A DNA stretch of 34,525 bases from a virus (taxonomy: Duplodnaviria; Caudoviricetes), in IMG/VR virus record IMGVR_UViG_3300030095_005611, positions 1-34,525 of that record; one strand, 5' to 3'. The notes beneath the pieces were generated by a model that saw only the letters and a list, made by a program, of their open reading frames with translations, did no database searches and had not been told where the DNA came from. The translations under genes were made by a program, and so were the position numbers. How positions within the stretch are numbered: position 1 is the first letter of the stretch; each line of letters begins with the position of its first letter. Below are positions 16,205 through 25,609 of this stretch, in pieces.

Positions 16205-17623
16205 ATGCAACTACCTTATAAATTTAAAACTAAACCTTATCAATACCAACTAGAAGCCTTTAATGAAGGTAAAGACCGCTTACATTATGCTTATTTTATG
16301 GAAATGGGTACTGGTAAAACAAAAGTTACCATTGATAATTTAGCTTATTTATACCACTGTAACAAAATTAATTTTGCTTTAGTAGTAGCTCCTAATACAG
16401 TTTACCAAAACTGGAAAAGAGAATTAGACATACATTGTCCTATAAGTACATCAGTATTTACTTATAAAGTAGATAAAATTAAGAATTTTGCGTTTGACGA
16501 AAATAAAATGAATATATTTCTTATGAATGTAGAAGCATTTAGTCATAAATCAGGCAAGACTCTTGCTAACATGTTATTAGGATCTTATGGTCATAAAGGC
16601 TGTATGGTCATTGATGAGTCTACTACAATTAAAAATAGAACAGCTATTAGAACAAAAAACATTATCGCACTAGGCCGTAAAGCAAAATACAGAAGAATAC
16701 TTACTGGTTCACCTGTAACTAAAAGTCCATTAGATTTATTTAGTCAAGCAGACTTTTTAGGTAATGATTTATTAAAATGTTCGGACAACTTCTATGTATT
16801 TCAAGCTACATATTGTATCTTGAGAAAGATTACTAACTCTACCGGTAGAGCTTTTAATTTAGCTGTTGGTTTTAGAGATTTAGATAAATTAGAAAAAATA
16901 GTAAAATCTTTTTCATATAGGGTTAGAAAAAAAGATTGTTTAGATTTACCAGACAAGATTTATCAAAAAAGAATTGTGCAATTAGGAACTAAACAGAGAA
17001 AAATTTATGATGATTTTAAAGAAAACGCACGAATAATTATTGAAGATAAAACGATTGAGTACAATACAAAATTAACAGAAATTATTAAACTTCTACAAGT
17101 TACTGCTGGGTTTTTAAAAACAGAAGAAGGAGATATAGAAGAATTTGAAAATGCAAAAATGAAAGAACTTCTTAATGTATTAGAAGAAACAGAGGGTAAA
17201 GTAATTATTTGGGCTAATTGGGTACACAGTCTTAAAATGATTATTAAAGAATTGAAAAAGAAATATGGAAATGAAAGTGTTGTTGCTATTTATGGTGAAA
17301 TATCAAGTTCAGAAAGAGAAAAAGCTGTAGATGAATTTCAAAAAAATAGTGAAACAAGATTTTTTGTTAGTAATCCACAAACTGGTGGTTATGGTTTAAC
17401 CTTAACAGAGGCGAACACTGTAATATATTTTAGTAATAATTATGATCTTGAGCAAAGACAACAAAGTGAAGATAGAGCACATCGTATTGGTCAAGAAAAT
17501 AAAGTTCTATATATAGATTTAGTAGCAGAAAAAACAGTAGATGAATCTGTAATCAGGGCATTGAATCAAAAAATAAAACTTAGCGCTGAAACTTTAGGTG
17601 AAGATGTTTTAGCCTATATATAG
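16205..17623 (+). CDS. SNF2-family (SF2) helicase
   Basis: MEMGTGKT, VIDEST, ILTGSP, TGGYGLTLT, QSEDRAHRIGQ. Confidence 0.95.
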   Translation: MQLPYKFKTKPYQYQLEAFNEGKDRLHYAYFMEMGTGKTKVTIDNLAYLYHCNKINFALVVAPNTVYQNWKRELDIHCPISTSVFTYKVDKIKNFAFDENKMNIFLMNVEAFSHKSGKTLANMLLGSYGHKGCMVIDESTTIKNRTAIRTKNIIALGRKAKYRRILTGSPVTKSPLDLFSQADFLGNDLLKCSDNFYVFQATYCILRKITNSTGRAFNLAVGFRDLDKLEKIVKSFSYRVRKKDCLDLPDKIYQKRIVQLGTKQRKIYDDFKENARIIIEDKTIEYNTKLTEIIKLLQVTAGFLKTEEGDIEEFENAKMKELLNVLEETEGKVIIWANWVHSLKMIIKELKKKYGNESVVAIYGEISSSEREKAVDEFQKNSETRFFVSNPQTGGYGLTLTEANTVIYFSNNYDLEQRQQSEDRAHRIGQENKVLYIDLVAEKTVDESVIRALNQKIKLSAETLGEDVLAYI

Positions 17624-17709
17624 CAAAATTTAGGGGTTACCAATGGGTTAGGTAGTGTTTAAAAACGTCTATATAAGCCTCTCAGGAGCTCGTTTTTTTG
17701 GCAAAATAG

Positions 17710-18426
17710 CTATAAATTAGCCATTTTATGAAATTTATCAACTCTCCTTAACCATAAATCTTCGTACTTTTTCAACATGTTTTTATCCATAAGAAATTCT
17801 TGAAAATATAAATCTTTGGTGCAAACAAGAATGACACCTTGTTTAATGTCACCATATTGTTTTTTGTGAGCTAGACTATATGCGCCTATTTGATAAAAAT
17901 AATCTTCTATCCATTCTTTTCTTTTTGGTTTATTGCTTTGTTTAAAATCACCAATAGTAGGCTTGTTTTTGTACCTACAAATTAAATCAGCAGAACCTGC
18001 CCAACGGTCATCATAGGCTAAGCTTACTTCAGTTCCATAAACCTCTGACAAATCACCTAAGTTTTTAACAATATTATGAGCCATTATTCTAGGCAAATGG
18101 CCCTCTTTTCTTAAATTTAAATACCCAACACCATTCATATATTGCTCTAAAACATAGTGCATTTCAGTGCCTCTCGTAGCTGCCTGGGTCGTGATGCGTT
18201 GAGCCTCTTGGTGTCCGATTCTATTTCTCCAAGATTCTAAAGCTTGTTTTTTCTCTTCAGATTGTGTGCCAGATAAAATAGTGGTAACACTAGGTACTTT
18301 CTTATCTTCAACATTATAGGTTCGTGGTCCGTCATTATCATTACGAGTGTAATGATTGTAGTTGTAGGGGCGTGTTTTTTTAAACCCAGTTATAGTAAAA
18401 CTATTCTCGTTCTTTATTATTTTCAT
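17710..18426 (-). CDS. PD-(D/E)xK exonuclease
   Basis: PSVTTIL, RGTEMH, E...AGSAD...DFKQS, Y.YQ..AY. Confidence 0.88.
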   Translation of the reverse strand: MKIIKNENSFTITGFKKTRPYNYNHYTRNDNDGPRTYNVEDKKVPSVTTILSGTQSEEKKQALESWRNRIGHQEAQRITTQAATRGTEMHYVLEQYMNGVGYLNLRKEGHLPRIMAHNIVKNLGDLSEVYGTEVSLAYDDRWAGSADLICRYKNKPTIGDFKQSNKPKRKEWIEDYFYQIGAYSLAHKKQYGDIKQGVILVCTKDLYFQEFLMDKNMLKKYEDLWLRRVDKFHKMANL

Positions 18427-19171
18427 CTAAAAGATTACCGTTATACTCTAATATTAATTTAATTAGACTTAAATCAACGCCGTAGTACAAAGCAGAGTGT
18501 TTTAAAGCGTATGTATCTTTAGGCAAACAATGCCCACCAAAACCACGTTCTTCAGTTACTTTACTATGACCGGCTCCTATTCTTTTATCTAAGACTATGC
18601 CTTTTCTAACATGCTCAAAATTAATTCCCGCTGCTTTACAAAAATCAAATACTTGATTAAAAAAAGATATTTTTGTTGCTAAATAAGCATTTCTAAAATA
18701 TTTAATTAATATTAATTCTTTTGGATCAGCTTCTATAATGTGAGGACAACTTGGAAATATTTTTTTAAATAGATTTACCCAAAAATCTGTTTGTTTGCCA
18801 CCTATCATTATATATTCTTGTTGACGAAGATCCTCCAACGCATGAGCTGCTCTCAAAAATTCTGGAGAAAAAGAAATGTTTTTATCATTAAATCTTGATT
18901 GTAAATACTCCCAACCCTCTAAGGATATTGTGCTTTTAATTAAAATAGGCACATCAGGACAATCTTGTATAACTTCTTTTACATGTATCATATTACAAGC
19001 ACCCTTTAATCCAACTGGTGTAGCCACGCATATTATTACAGCATCTGCATCTGGGCTTATCTTTTTACCGTAGAAATGTTTAGGATCTATAAGTTGAGTT
19101 TCGTGATAATTTTGTAATATGGCTGCGTAAGCTCTACCCACATAACCATAACCAGCTATTGCTATTTTCAT
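18401..19171 (-). CDS. UDP-glucose/GDP-mannose dehydrogenase family protein lacking the C-terminal domain
   Basis: GYGYVG Rossmann motif, CVATP, IKST, PEFLR, K...N.YLATKISF.N, GFGGHCLPKD (catalytic Cys); only ~256 aa. Confidence 0.9.
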   Translation of the reverse strand: MKIAIAGYGYVGRAYAAILQNYHETQLIDPKHFYGKKISPDADAVIICVATPVGLKGACNMIHVKEVIQDCPDVPILIKSTISLEGWEYLQSRFNDKNISFSPEFLRAAHALEDLRQQEYIMIGGKQTDFWVNLFKKIFPSCPHIIEADPKELILIKYFRNAYLATKISFFNQVFDFCKAAGINFEHVRKGIVLDKRIGAGHSKVTEERGFGGHCLPKDTYALKHSALYYGVDLSLIKLILEYNGNLLDENNKERE

Positions 19172-19992
19172 AAGCCACACATCCCTTCACACTCTTGATC
19201 CATATCTTCATCTTCAAATAAATCTAAATTAGGCTGACCTTTTTCTGCACCGGTTCTAAGATCCGCTTCTGCTATAGGCACACATGACTTATGTAAAAAA
19301 ACTTGATCATCATTTTTTGTGCCCACCCTAATAGCGTTATCAAATTCAACCACATCCTGCCATTCTTTTGGATAATTATCTCTTAAATTTTGCCACTCTT
19401 TGTTAGTTTTATATGGACAAAAAGTACAAGCACTTCTTGGAGGTGTTTTATTATAGTGTTTTTTAAACCAATTGATACAACTTTGTCGGCTCATATTTTT
19501 TTCAATTAAAGGATATTTATTTTCAATCCATTTAATTTGATTTTCTTTCATTCTACCCTGTTCGTCTGTAGATATACCCATCCACAACTCAACGTGAGTT
19601 CCTTTTTTTCTTTTTTCACCTTTTGCTAACCCTAGCATTTCTCTAATTTGTTGATGCACAGGTCTTATTTTGTAGTTTGAAGTGCATTGTCTTCTTAATA
19701 AACCCTTTTTACCAGTGTCTTTTGATATTGAAAAAACAGGTATTGTTAGAAAATTCCAACGGCCTTTGCCTTGCGCTGAATCAATTGTATCTTGTCTTAA
19801 ATTTCCGTAACTAACTATATGAATAGGATAAGACACTTGAGTTTTGAGCCAATCAAACCACTCATAAACTTCTTTAGGTTCTGACATAGTGTCTGCAAAA
19901 ATAGCAGCATCAACCATAGGTAGTTCGCCTTTTTCAACCATTAACGCAAGAGCGCTGCTTTGTACACCTGCACCCAAAGATAAAATTTTCAT
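19168..19992 (-). CDS. PP-loop (PAPS-reductase/DndC-like) protein, paralog 2
   Basis: Same motif set as 8875..9687 including PRSACTFCPY and ECEGMCG. Confidence 0.8.
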   Translation of the reverse strand: MKILSLGAGVQSSALALMVEKGELPMVDAAIFADTMSEPKEVYEWFDWLKTQVSYPIHIVSYGNLRQDTIDSAQGKGRWNFLTIPVFSISKDTGKKGLLRRQCTSNYKIRPVHQQIREMLGLAKGEKRKKGTHVELWMGISTDEQGRMKENQIKWIENKYPLIEKNMSRQSCINWFKKHYNKTPPRSACTFCPYKTNKEWQNLRDNYPKEWQDVVEFDNAIRVGTKNDDQVFLHKSCVPIAEADLRTGAEKGQPNLDLFEDEDMDQECEGMCGL

Positions 19993-20348
19993 TATTGTCC
20001 TAGTGGATTGCCTTTATTATTTAAGATGTCATAAATTTTAGCCATTTCAGTTTCCATCCAACCAGCTAATTTATCTTCCATATCTTTCATTTCAACATCT
20101 AATTTATCTAACCCAACATAAACTTCTTTTAACGAATTATTATTAAACTGCACACGCTCTTCCACAGCCACTAACCTTTCTTGCAATATCGAGGTATCTG
20201 TCTCTTTGAAATTATTTACCGCTGCCTCGGTATGTTGGACTCTTGTAGCTAGGTTGGACACCCAATAGACTGTCGAACCTATCGGGACTATCGCCCCCAA
20301 AACTAGACTCAAAAGTAAGCTGGACGAGATCGTAAGCGTTTTGTTCAT
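19992..20348 (-). CDS. N-terminally membrane-anchored coiled-coil protein
   Basis: Hydrophobic N-terminus followed by heptad-like helix; AGGAG SD. Confidence 0.75.
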   Translation of the reverse strand: MNKTLTISSSLLLSLVLGAIVPIGSTVYWVSNLATRVQHTEAAVNNFKETDTSILQERLVAVEERVQFNNNSLKEVYVGLDKLDVEMKDMEDKLAGWMETEMAKIYDILNNKGNPLGQ

Positions 20349-21738
20349 AAATCATCTCCTGTTGTAAAGACAACGTTTCTGTTATTTTAATCGTATCTTG
20401 CATAACTTGCAAATATACTGTTGGTAACAATATTTGACCTAAAGAATCAACACTAATTACCTTAGATTTAGTTTCGCTTTTATTTGTTTTAGCCACAGTT
20501 TTAACTTTTGGTTTAGGTTTTTCGTTTTTGACGGTGGACTTTTTAGGATCATTTTTCTTTTTAGATTTGTCGTCTTTAGATTTACTTTTTTTGACGACTT
20601 TACTTTCGTCACTTTTGATTTCGGTTTCTTCACTGTTTGATAGCTCGCCTGTTGCATCATTTTCACTCTCTGCTGTTGTCTCTTCTGGCTCATTATTATT
20701 CTCCTCTTCACTTATTTCAGCAAGATCCTCTTCCATATTAATTTCTTTTAATTCCTCAGGTTGTTCTAACTCTATTTCTGCATCAACTTCAACGTCAACA
20801 ACTTCAGGTAAGTCTATCTCAACTATTTCTTGAATTTCTTCAACTTCATTTATAGGAGTTAAATTTTCAACATTTGGTATGTCAACACTTGTAATAGGTG
20901 CAACACTAATTTCAACTGCTGGCATTTCTATTTCAACTGGCATATCAACAATCACTTCAGGAACAACAACTTGAATTGGTGATATCTCAACTGTAGGTTG
21001 ATCTAAAATAATATCGTTTGTAATTGACATATCTAAACTTAAACCTTCAATAAGAGTCTCTTCAATAACCACAATAGGTTCAACTATTACAGGCTCAACT
21101 ATTACAGGCTCAACTATTACAGGCTCAACTATTACAGGAGCCACATATTCTTCTATAGTCAAAGATAAATTTAAATTATCTATAATAGGACCCCACCAAT
21201 TACTAGAGTTACCTGTATCATTACCTGTTATGGTTAAATTTAATGATGCGTCATCTGTATTAAAATCACCTGTTACATCCTTAGTGAAAGAATAACTTTC
21301 CCATCCATCTTCATACGGTACAGCTACAGTTTCTGATAGTACCTCTGATGTTGATTCAGTTGATAGTGTTATGGTTGACACTACCGTATCATCTGCACCA
21401 GCAGTACACCATTGGCCTCCTGTATTACCACAACCAATAGAGTCAAAATTCATATTAATTTCTTTAATTAAATGATTTTCAGATACACCTGATATATCTA
21501 CATCTTGACTGATGTTGCCGCCTTGGTATCTAAATCTTACACTTTTAGACGCTGAACCAGAATAAGTTGCTGGATCTCTTTTAACCTTATCTTGGTTATT
21601 ATCTGAAAGTTCCCAACCACTAGTATCAGTAGTAAAATCTGGGTTATTCAGTAGGTTGTCCGTAGTCGTTTGGTCTGCGTGACTTACTAAAATTGATGTT
21701 AAGGACACCAGGAGTGCCCACAAGATTATTCTTTTCAT
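20212..21738 (-). CDS. Secreted protein: signal peptide, carbohydrate-binding-like beta domain, acidic P/V/I/E stalk, Lys-rich region
   Basis: MKRIILWALLVSLTSILVSHA signal; NLLNNPDF...SGW start and GPIIDNLNL end resembling galactose-binding-type jelly rolls. Confidence 0.75.
   Translation of the reverse strand: MKRIILWALLVSLTSILVSHADQTTTDNLLNNPDFTTDTSGWELSDNNQDKVKRDPATYSGSASKSVRFRYQGGNISQDVDISGVSENHLIKEINMNFDSIGCGNTGGQWCTAGADDTVVSTITLSTESTSEVLSETVAVPYEDGWESYSFTKDVTGDFNTDDASLNLTITGNDTGNSSNWWGPIIDNLNLSLTIEEYVAPVIVEPVIVEPVIVEPVIVEPIVVIEETLIEGLSLDMSITNDIILDQPTVEISPIQVVVPEVIVDMPVEIEMPAVEISVAPITSVDIPNVENLTPINEVEEIQEIVEIDLPEVVDVEVDAEIELEQPEELKEINMEEDLAEISEEENNNEPEETTAESENDATGELSNSEETEIKSDESKVVKKSKSKDDKSKKKNDPKKSTVKNEKPKPKVKTVAKTNKSETKSKVISVDSLGQILLPTVYLQVMQDTIKITETLSLQQEMIYEQNAYDLVQLTFESSFGGDSPDRFDSLLGVQPSYKSPTYRGSGK
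21080..21138. repeat. 15-bp coding tandem repeat x4 (PVIVE)
   Basis: tcaactattacaggc repeated four times. Confidence 0.95.
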
Positions 21739-22159
21739 CTAATATCACCATCCCTCTTTCGATGTATATTTTTTTTGCCTCATCACCTATCTTACCATCA
21801 ATAGGACAGGGCGAGTTAGAATCCCACATTGCTCTCCAGACCCGTGGGTCCTGACACAAAATAGCAGTGGCGCTCACGCGTAATCCAAGCTGAGCCATGG
21901 CCCTACTTAGCTTGATGCGCTCACACGTCTTATCAACGACATGAATACCGGCTGATGCGTTAAATAAACCAGTGCCAATTGCACCAGATCTTACCACTAC
22001 GCACACATCACTACCACTACCAATAGAAACAGAAGGTGAAATTGCTGATGCTGGTGGTTGATCTTTGTAGTAAATGTTACTGTCCGCTGCAAAACTGTCG
22101 GTAACATGTAGCAACAACCAAGCTAATGCCAATATTGTAATTGCATGTGACCATTTCAC
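21644..22159 (-). CDS. Secreted Cys-containing protein (PPASAISP...CERIKLSR...LCQDPRV...PCP)
   Basis: Signal peptide ending SFA; four Cys in the mature part. Confidence 0.8.
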   Translation of the reverse strand: MKWSHAITILALAWLLLHVTDSFAADSNIYYKDQPPASAISPSVSIGSGSDVCVVVRSGAIGTGLFNASAGIHVVDKTCERIKLSRAMAQLGLRVSATAILCQDPRVWRAMWDSNSPCPIDGKIGDEAKKIYIERGMVILDEKNNLVGTPGVLNINFSKSRRPNDYGQPTE

Positions 22160-22383
22160 TTCGTTCTCTCCAAAATAGTATCAAGTTTATTAGAGTTTTT
22201 ATTTACTTGATCTTTAATGTATCTAACTTCTACTTCCATTACCTGAACCTTATCTACTTTAGCTTTTATTAACTCTTGTTCTTTTTTTAAATCATTAATT
22301 GTTGCGGTCGATGTACCCCAAGCTATGCCTATTAAAACAAAAGGTGAAATGATGTAGATTATATTTTTAGGCTCTATGTTCAT
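22156..22383 (-). CDS. Small membrane-anchored coiled-coil protein
   Basis: One N-terminal hydrophobic segment; ATGA-coupled to the next gene. Confidence 0.7.
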   Translation of the reverse strand: MNIEPKNIIYIISPFVLIGIAWGTSTATINDLKKEQELIKAKVDKVQVMEVEVRYIKDQVNKNSNKLDTILERTK

Positions 22384-22384
22384 A

Positions 22385-25300
22385 TTAATTTACCGTTTTA
22401 TTTTTTCTGCTATTTGCAATCAACGTTCCTAAGTCGTCTTGAGGAAATAAGGATTCAAATGAAGTGTTTTGTGCTGCAGTTTGCATGGTTGAACCTGTCA
22501 TATCTAAAGCAGGCGCTGTTGTTTCGTTTCTTGGTGTAGGTGTAGCAGCAACAGGTCTTGCCTCGGCTGCAGTATCTGTTGTGCCTGTGTAACTATCGTC
22601 AAGATAGGATTGTGCAACAGGTCCAAATCGTTCATAAGATTGAAAGGCTTTTTGTTGACTTTCAGCTAAATATTCTTTAACTTCTCTTCTTTTTTTCGGT
22701 GGTAATTTTTCTATGCTATGTTCCACTGGAAACATAAATTCTTTGCTTTTTTCAGGGACTTTATCATATTTAATATCTGTATTAGGAACTTTTAATTTTT
22801 TATTTTGCAAGTAATTTACCAACTGTTCTTCAGTAATTTTGCTTATGTCTGCAACTGGAAAATCTTCAGGATCGTTATCCATCATATGTTGTAAAATAAT
22901 CCCGAGAGCTTGTCGTTTAGTTTGCATTTTTTTACCAAAAACTTCTTTTGACATATTTTTTAAATTTTGTTCTGGTGTAGCAAGATCCAAAAGTGCTCTA
23001 GCTACCTTAGGACTTTGAAAAATTGTCCCTACAAAATGTAGAAGTGCTAAAGGTATAACTAAAGCCGGTAGATACGCTAGACCAGCTGCAATACTAGCTC
23101 CTGCTGCACCAGCTTTTATTCCAAATTGTTGAAAACTACCAAGTTGTATTCTTCTAGCAACAAAGGTACTGGTGTTTCCTAAAGGCACTTGATACATGAC
23201 AGAGATCATTTCGGCAAAATCTTCTAAATTTTTAAAATTTTCTTTGCCTTTTTTACCACCACCTAGTATTAATTCCATGGCACCTCTTCTTGCCCCAAGA
23301 GTATTTGCTTGTCCTCTACCCGATGTAATACCTAAATTTTGTAAAAATTTATTTGCGTCAAAACTACCTAAGTCTTCATAATTAATATCTATATATTTAG
23401 CTACATCTACATCAGTTACATCTTGACCCATTCTTTGAATGAGATCCTCGTCTAAAATTACTTTACCTGCTTCGTCTGCTCTTGTGACGCCCAGATATTT
23501 ATAATCAAAAGGGTTTTGACCATTAAAAACTTTATCTATAGCATTATCTGCCCAATCTGTTTTAATAATTCCTTTACTTCTAAGTTGCTCGATGCTTTCT
23601 CTTAAAGTTCTAATGGCTGGAGCTTTTGGGTTTGTATGAGCCATAAAAAAAGCGTCAAACAAAGTCCTTGATGCTAATCTTTCAAATAGTTCTTTTCCAG
23701 GTGCAAAACCTTTAGCAGTTTCTCCTGTTGCACCAATTAATTGTTGTAGGGATAAAATATCAGATTCTGCACCCTCTATCATAATTTTTCGTAATAAATT
23801 ATTATAAAAAGTTTCAGGTGCTAATCCTTGTGCAGGTTTACCGATTCCATGAGCTAAAACTGAACGCGTAAAAGTATTGTCATCAATTTTTGCTAATAAA
23901 TCTCTTACATTACTAGCTTTTAAATTTTGCAATTGATGAAAAAATTGATTTGCGTCAGTTAAAACATCTGAAAAGGTTTCTAAATCATCACTAAATTGAA
24001 CTAAAAATTTATTTGCTTCTTCTTTGCCTTGATTTTTTAAAATATCATCGTATTTTTGTTTAAAAGCACCGTCAAGCATAGCTAAATCTTTTACTTTAGG
24101 ATCAACTAATGAATTCAAATCATTGCTTAAAGCAACTTTTAATTGATGTATTTTTAACAAAGATGGGTTGTCTTTTGGTAATAAATCCATGACTTCATTT
24201 AAAGCTTCGTGCATACCTTTATATTGTAAAGGTGTGATGCTCTTTGGAAATCCTACATTTGTGTTCACATCTGTTATAACTTCAAACAATCTATTAATTG
24301 GTTCAGAGCCAATATTATTATTACTCAAGTACTCTTGAATTGGTTTAATACCGTCATCACTAAGTAGTTTTGATGATTGTGCTACTAAATTCGTAGTCGG
24401 TATGAAAGAGGGGTTGCCCATTTTTTGAGCAGCTCTTTCTGCGCTGTCATACGCAGCATCTATCAAGTTCTTTTTACTGGCATAATTTTGTCGTAAAACA
24501 GAAGGAGTCACCGCACCCAAAAGTTCAGAGTGCATAATAGGCGCATATTGTTCAACAAAAGTGTCTTTGTATACCGTCTTTGCTTGTAAGCCAAATTGAC
24601 GTAATCTGCTTTTTTGAGCCATAGATACAAACGGTAAAATACCCACAGTTTGGAAATAAGTTTTTGTAAAAGCTCCTAAACCTTTATCTGTGCGAGCTAA
24701 AGCTGCAATATCCAAAGGCAGACCAAGTTGTTCAGCTTTTCTTCCTAACTCAACACTTTTTTCGCTGCCTGTACCGCTTAAAAATCTTGCAAATCTGTTT
24801 CCAATATTAGCTGCTAAAGGTATTCCAACAATAGCACCTCCGTTCCATAACAAAGAATCTAAACCTTTTTCTAGTGCTAATTGAAACATTTGTTCTCTTG
24901 TGCTTAATTGATCAAATGAGCTACCAGCTAATTGTTCAAAAGGTATCACATCTTTATTTAAAGCAGCAAATTCTTCTTTTTTCATATTATTATACACATC
25001 GTATATGACACTACCGGTGGCTGCACCAGCTCCAGATCGTAGCCATGAACTTGCTAATTGTCTACCACGAGCGCTTTGTGCAATATATTTGCTACCTTGT
25101 TCAAATAAACCAATAAAATTAGCACCTAAATTTAATATTGGCTTTGCTACTTTACCAAATCCGGGCACTTTACCTGCAATATTTGCAATTTTACGAGTTG
25201 TATCTTTATAAGGTGTTTTTTTTAAACCTTTAGGATCTCTTCTAAAAGCTCTGTCTACATCTTCAGTTTTAAATTCACTTCGATCTACACCAAGAATAGG

Positions 25301-25609
25301 CGAATTTGGCAAATAAGGAGTTAGCCCAAAAGCAACTTCTGTGCCTAAAGAAAATTTATCTCGATCAGACATGGCAAATAAACCTTTTTCAGGTAACGGA
25401 TCCATAGGTTGTTCAGACTCAATAGATTTTAAAGCTAAATCAAGTCTACCTTCATACCTTTCTCGAGCTATATCATTTACACTATTATACCCAGTCAAAT
25501 CTCCTCTACGAAATAAAGTATCTATAGCGACTAAACTTTCTTGATCGTAATCAGCAGGATTAAATTCATTGTTGTCAATTTCTTTTTGTAAAGTTTTTAA
25601 ATCCATCAT
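22385..25609 (-). CDS. Large internal virion/ejection-type protein, 1074 aa
   Basis: Size, helical composition, Gly/Ala-rich hydrophobic segments, terminal LFP.D motif, position after tail genes (inference). Confidence 0.65.
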   Translation of the reverse strand: MMDLKTLQKEIDNNEFNPADYDQESLVAIDTLFRRGDLTGYNSVNDIARERYEGRLDLALKSIESEQPMDPLPEKGLFAMSDRDKFSLGTEVAFGLTPYLPNSPILGVDRSEFKTEDVDRAFRRDPKGLKKTPYKDTTRKIANIAGKVPGFGKVAKPILNLGANFIGLFEQGSKYIAQSARGRQLASSWLRSGAGAATGSVIYDVYNNMKKEEFAALNKDVIPFEQLAGSSFDQLSTREQMFQLALEKGLDSLLWNGGAIVGIPLAANIGNRFARFLSGTGSEKSVELGRKAEQLGLPLDIAALARTDKGLGAFTKTYFQTVGILPFVSMAQKSRLRQFGLQAKTVYKDTFVEQYAPIMHSELLGAVTPSVLRQNYASKKNLIDAAYDSAERAAQKMGNPSFIPTTNLVAQSSKLLSDDGIKPIQEYLSNNNIGSEPINRLFEVITDVNTNVGFPKSITPLQYKGMHEALNEVMDLLPKDNPSLLKIHQLKVALSNDLNSLVDPKVKDLAMLDGAFKQKYDDILKNQGKEEANKFLVQFSDDLETFSDVLTDANQFFHQLQNLKASNVRDLLAKIDDNTFTRSVLAHGIGKPAQGLAPETFYNNLLRKIMIEGAESDILSLQQLIGATGETAKGFAPGKELFERLASRTLFDAFFMAHTNPKAPAIRTLRESIEQLRSKGIIKTDWADNAIDKVFNGQNPFDYKYLGVTRADEAGKVILDEDLIQRMGQDVTDVDVAKYIDINYEDLGSFDANKFLQNLGITSGRGQANTLGARRGAMELILGGGKKGKENFKNLEDFAEMISVMYQVPLGNTSTFVARRIQLGSFQQFGIKAGAAGASIAAGLAYLPALVIPLALLHFVGTIFQSPKVARALLDLATPEQNLKNMSKEVFGKKMQTKRQALGIILQHMMDNDPEDFPVADISKITEEQLVNYLQNKKLKVPNTDIKYDKVPEKSKEFMFPVEHSIEKLPPKKRREVKEYLAESQQKAFQSYERFGPVAQSYLDDSYTGTTDTAAEARPVAATPTPRNETTAPALDMTGSTMQTAAQNTSFESLFPQDDLGTLIANSRKNKTVN

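Noticed and set aside
17624-17709. Terminator between the convergent SNF2 and exonuclease genes
   Set aside because: A T-run is present at ~17693-17699 but I could not find a convincing GC stem
17710-18426. Cas4 call for the exonuclease
   Set aside because: Lacks the Cys cluster of Cas4; ordinary phage PD-(D/E)xK exonuclease
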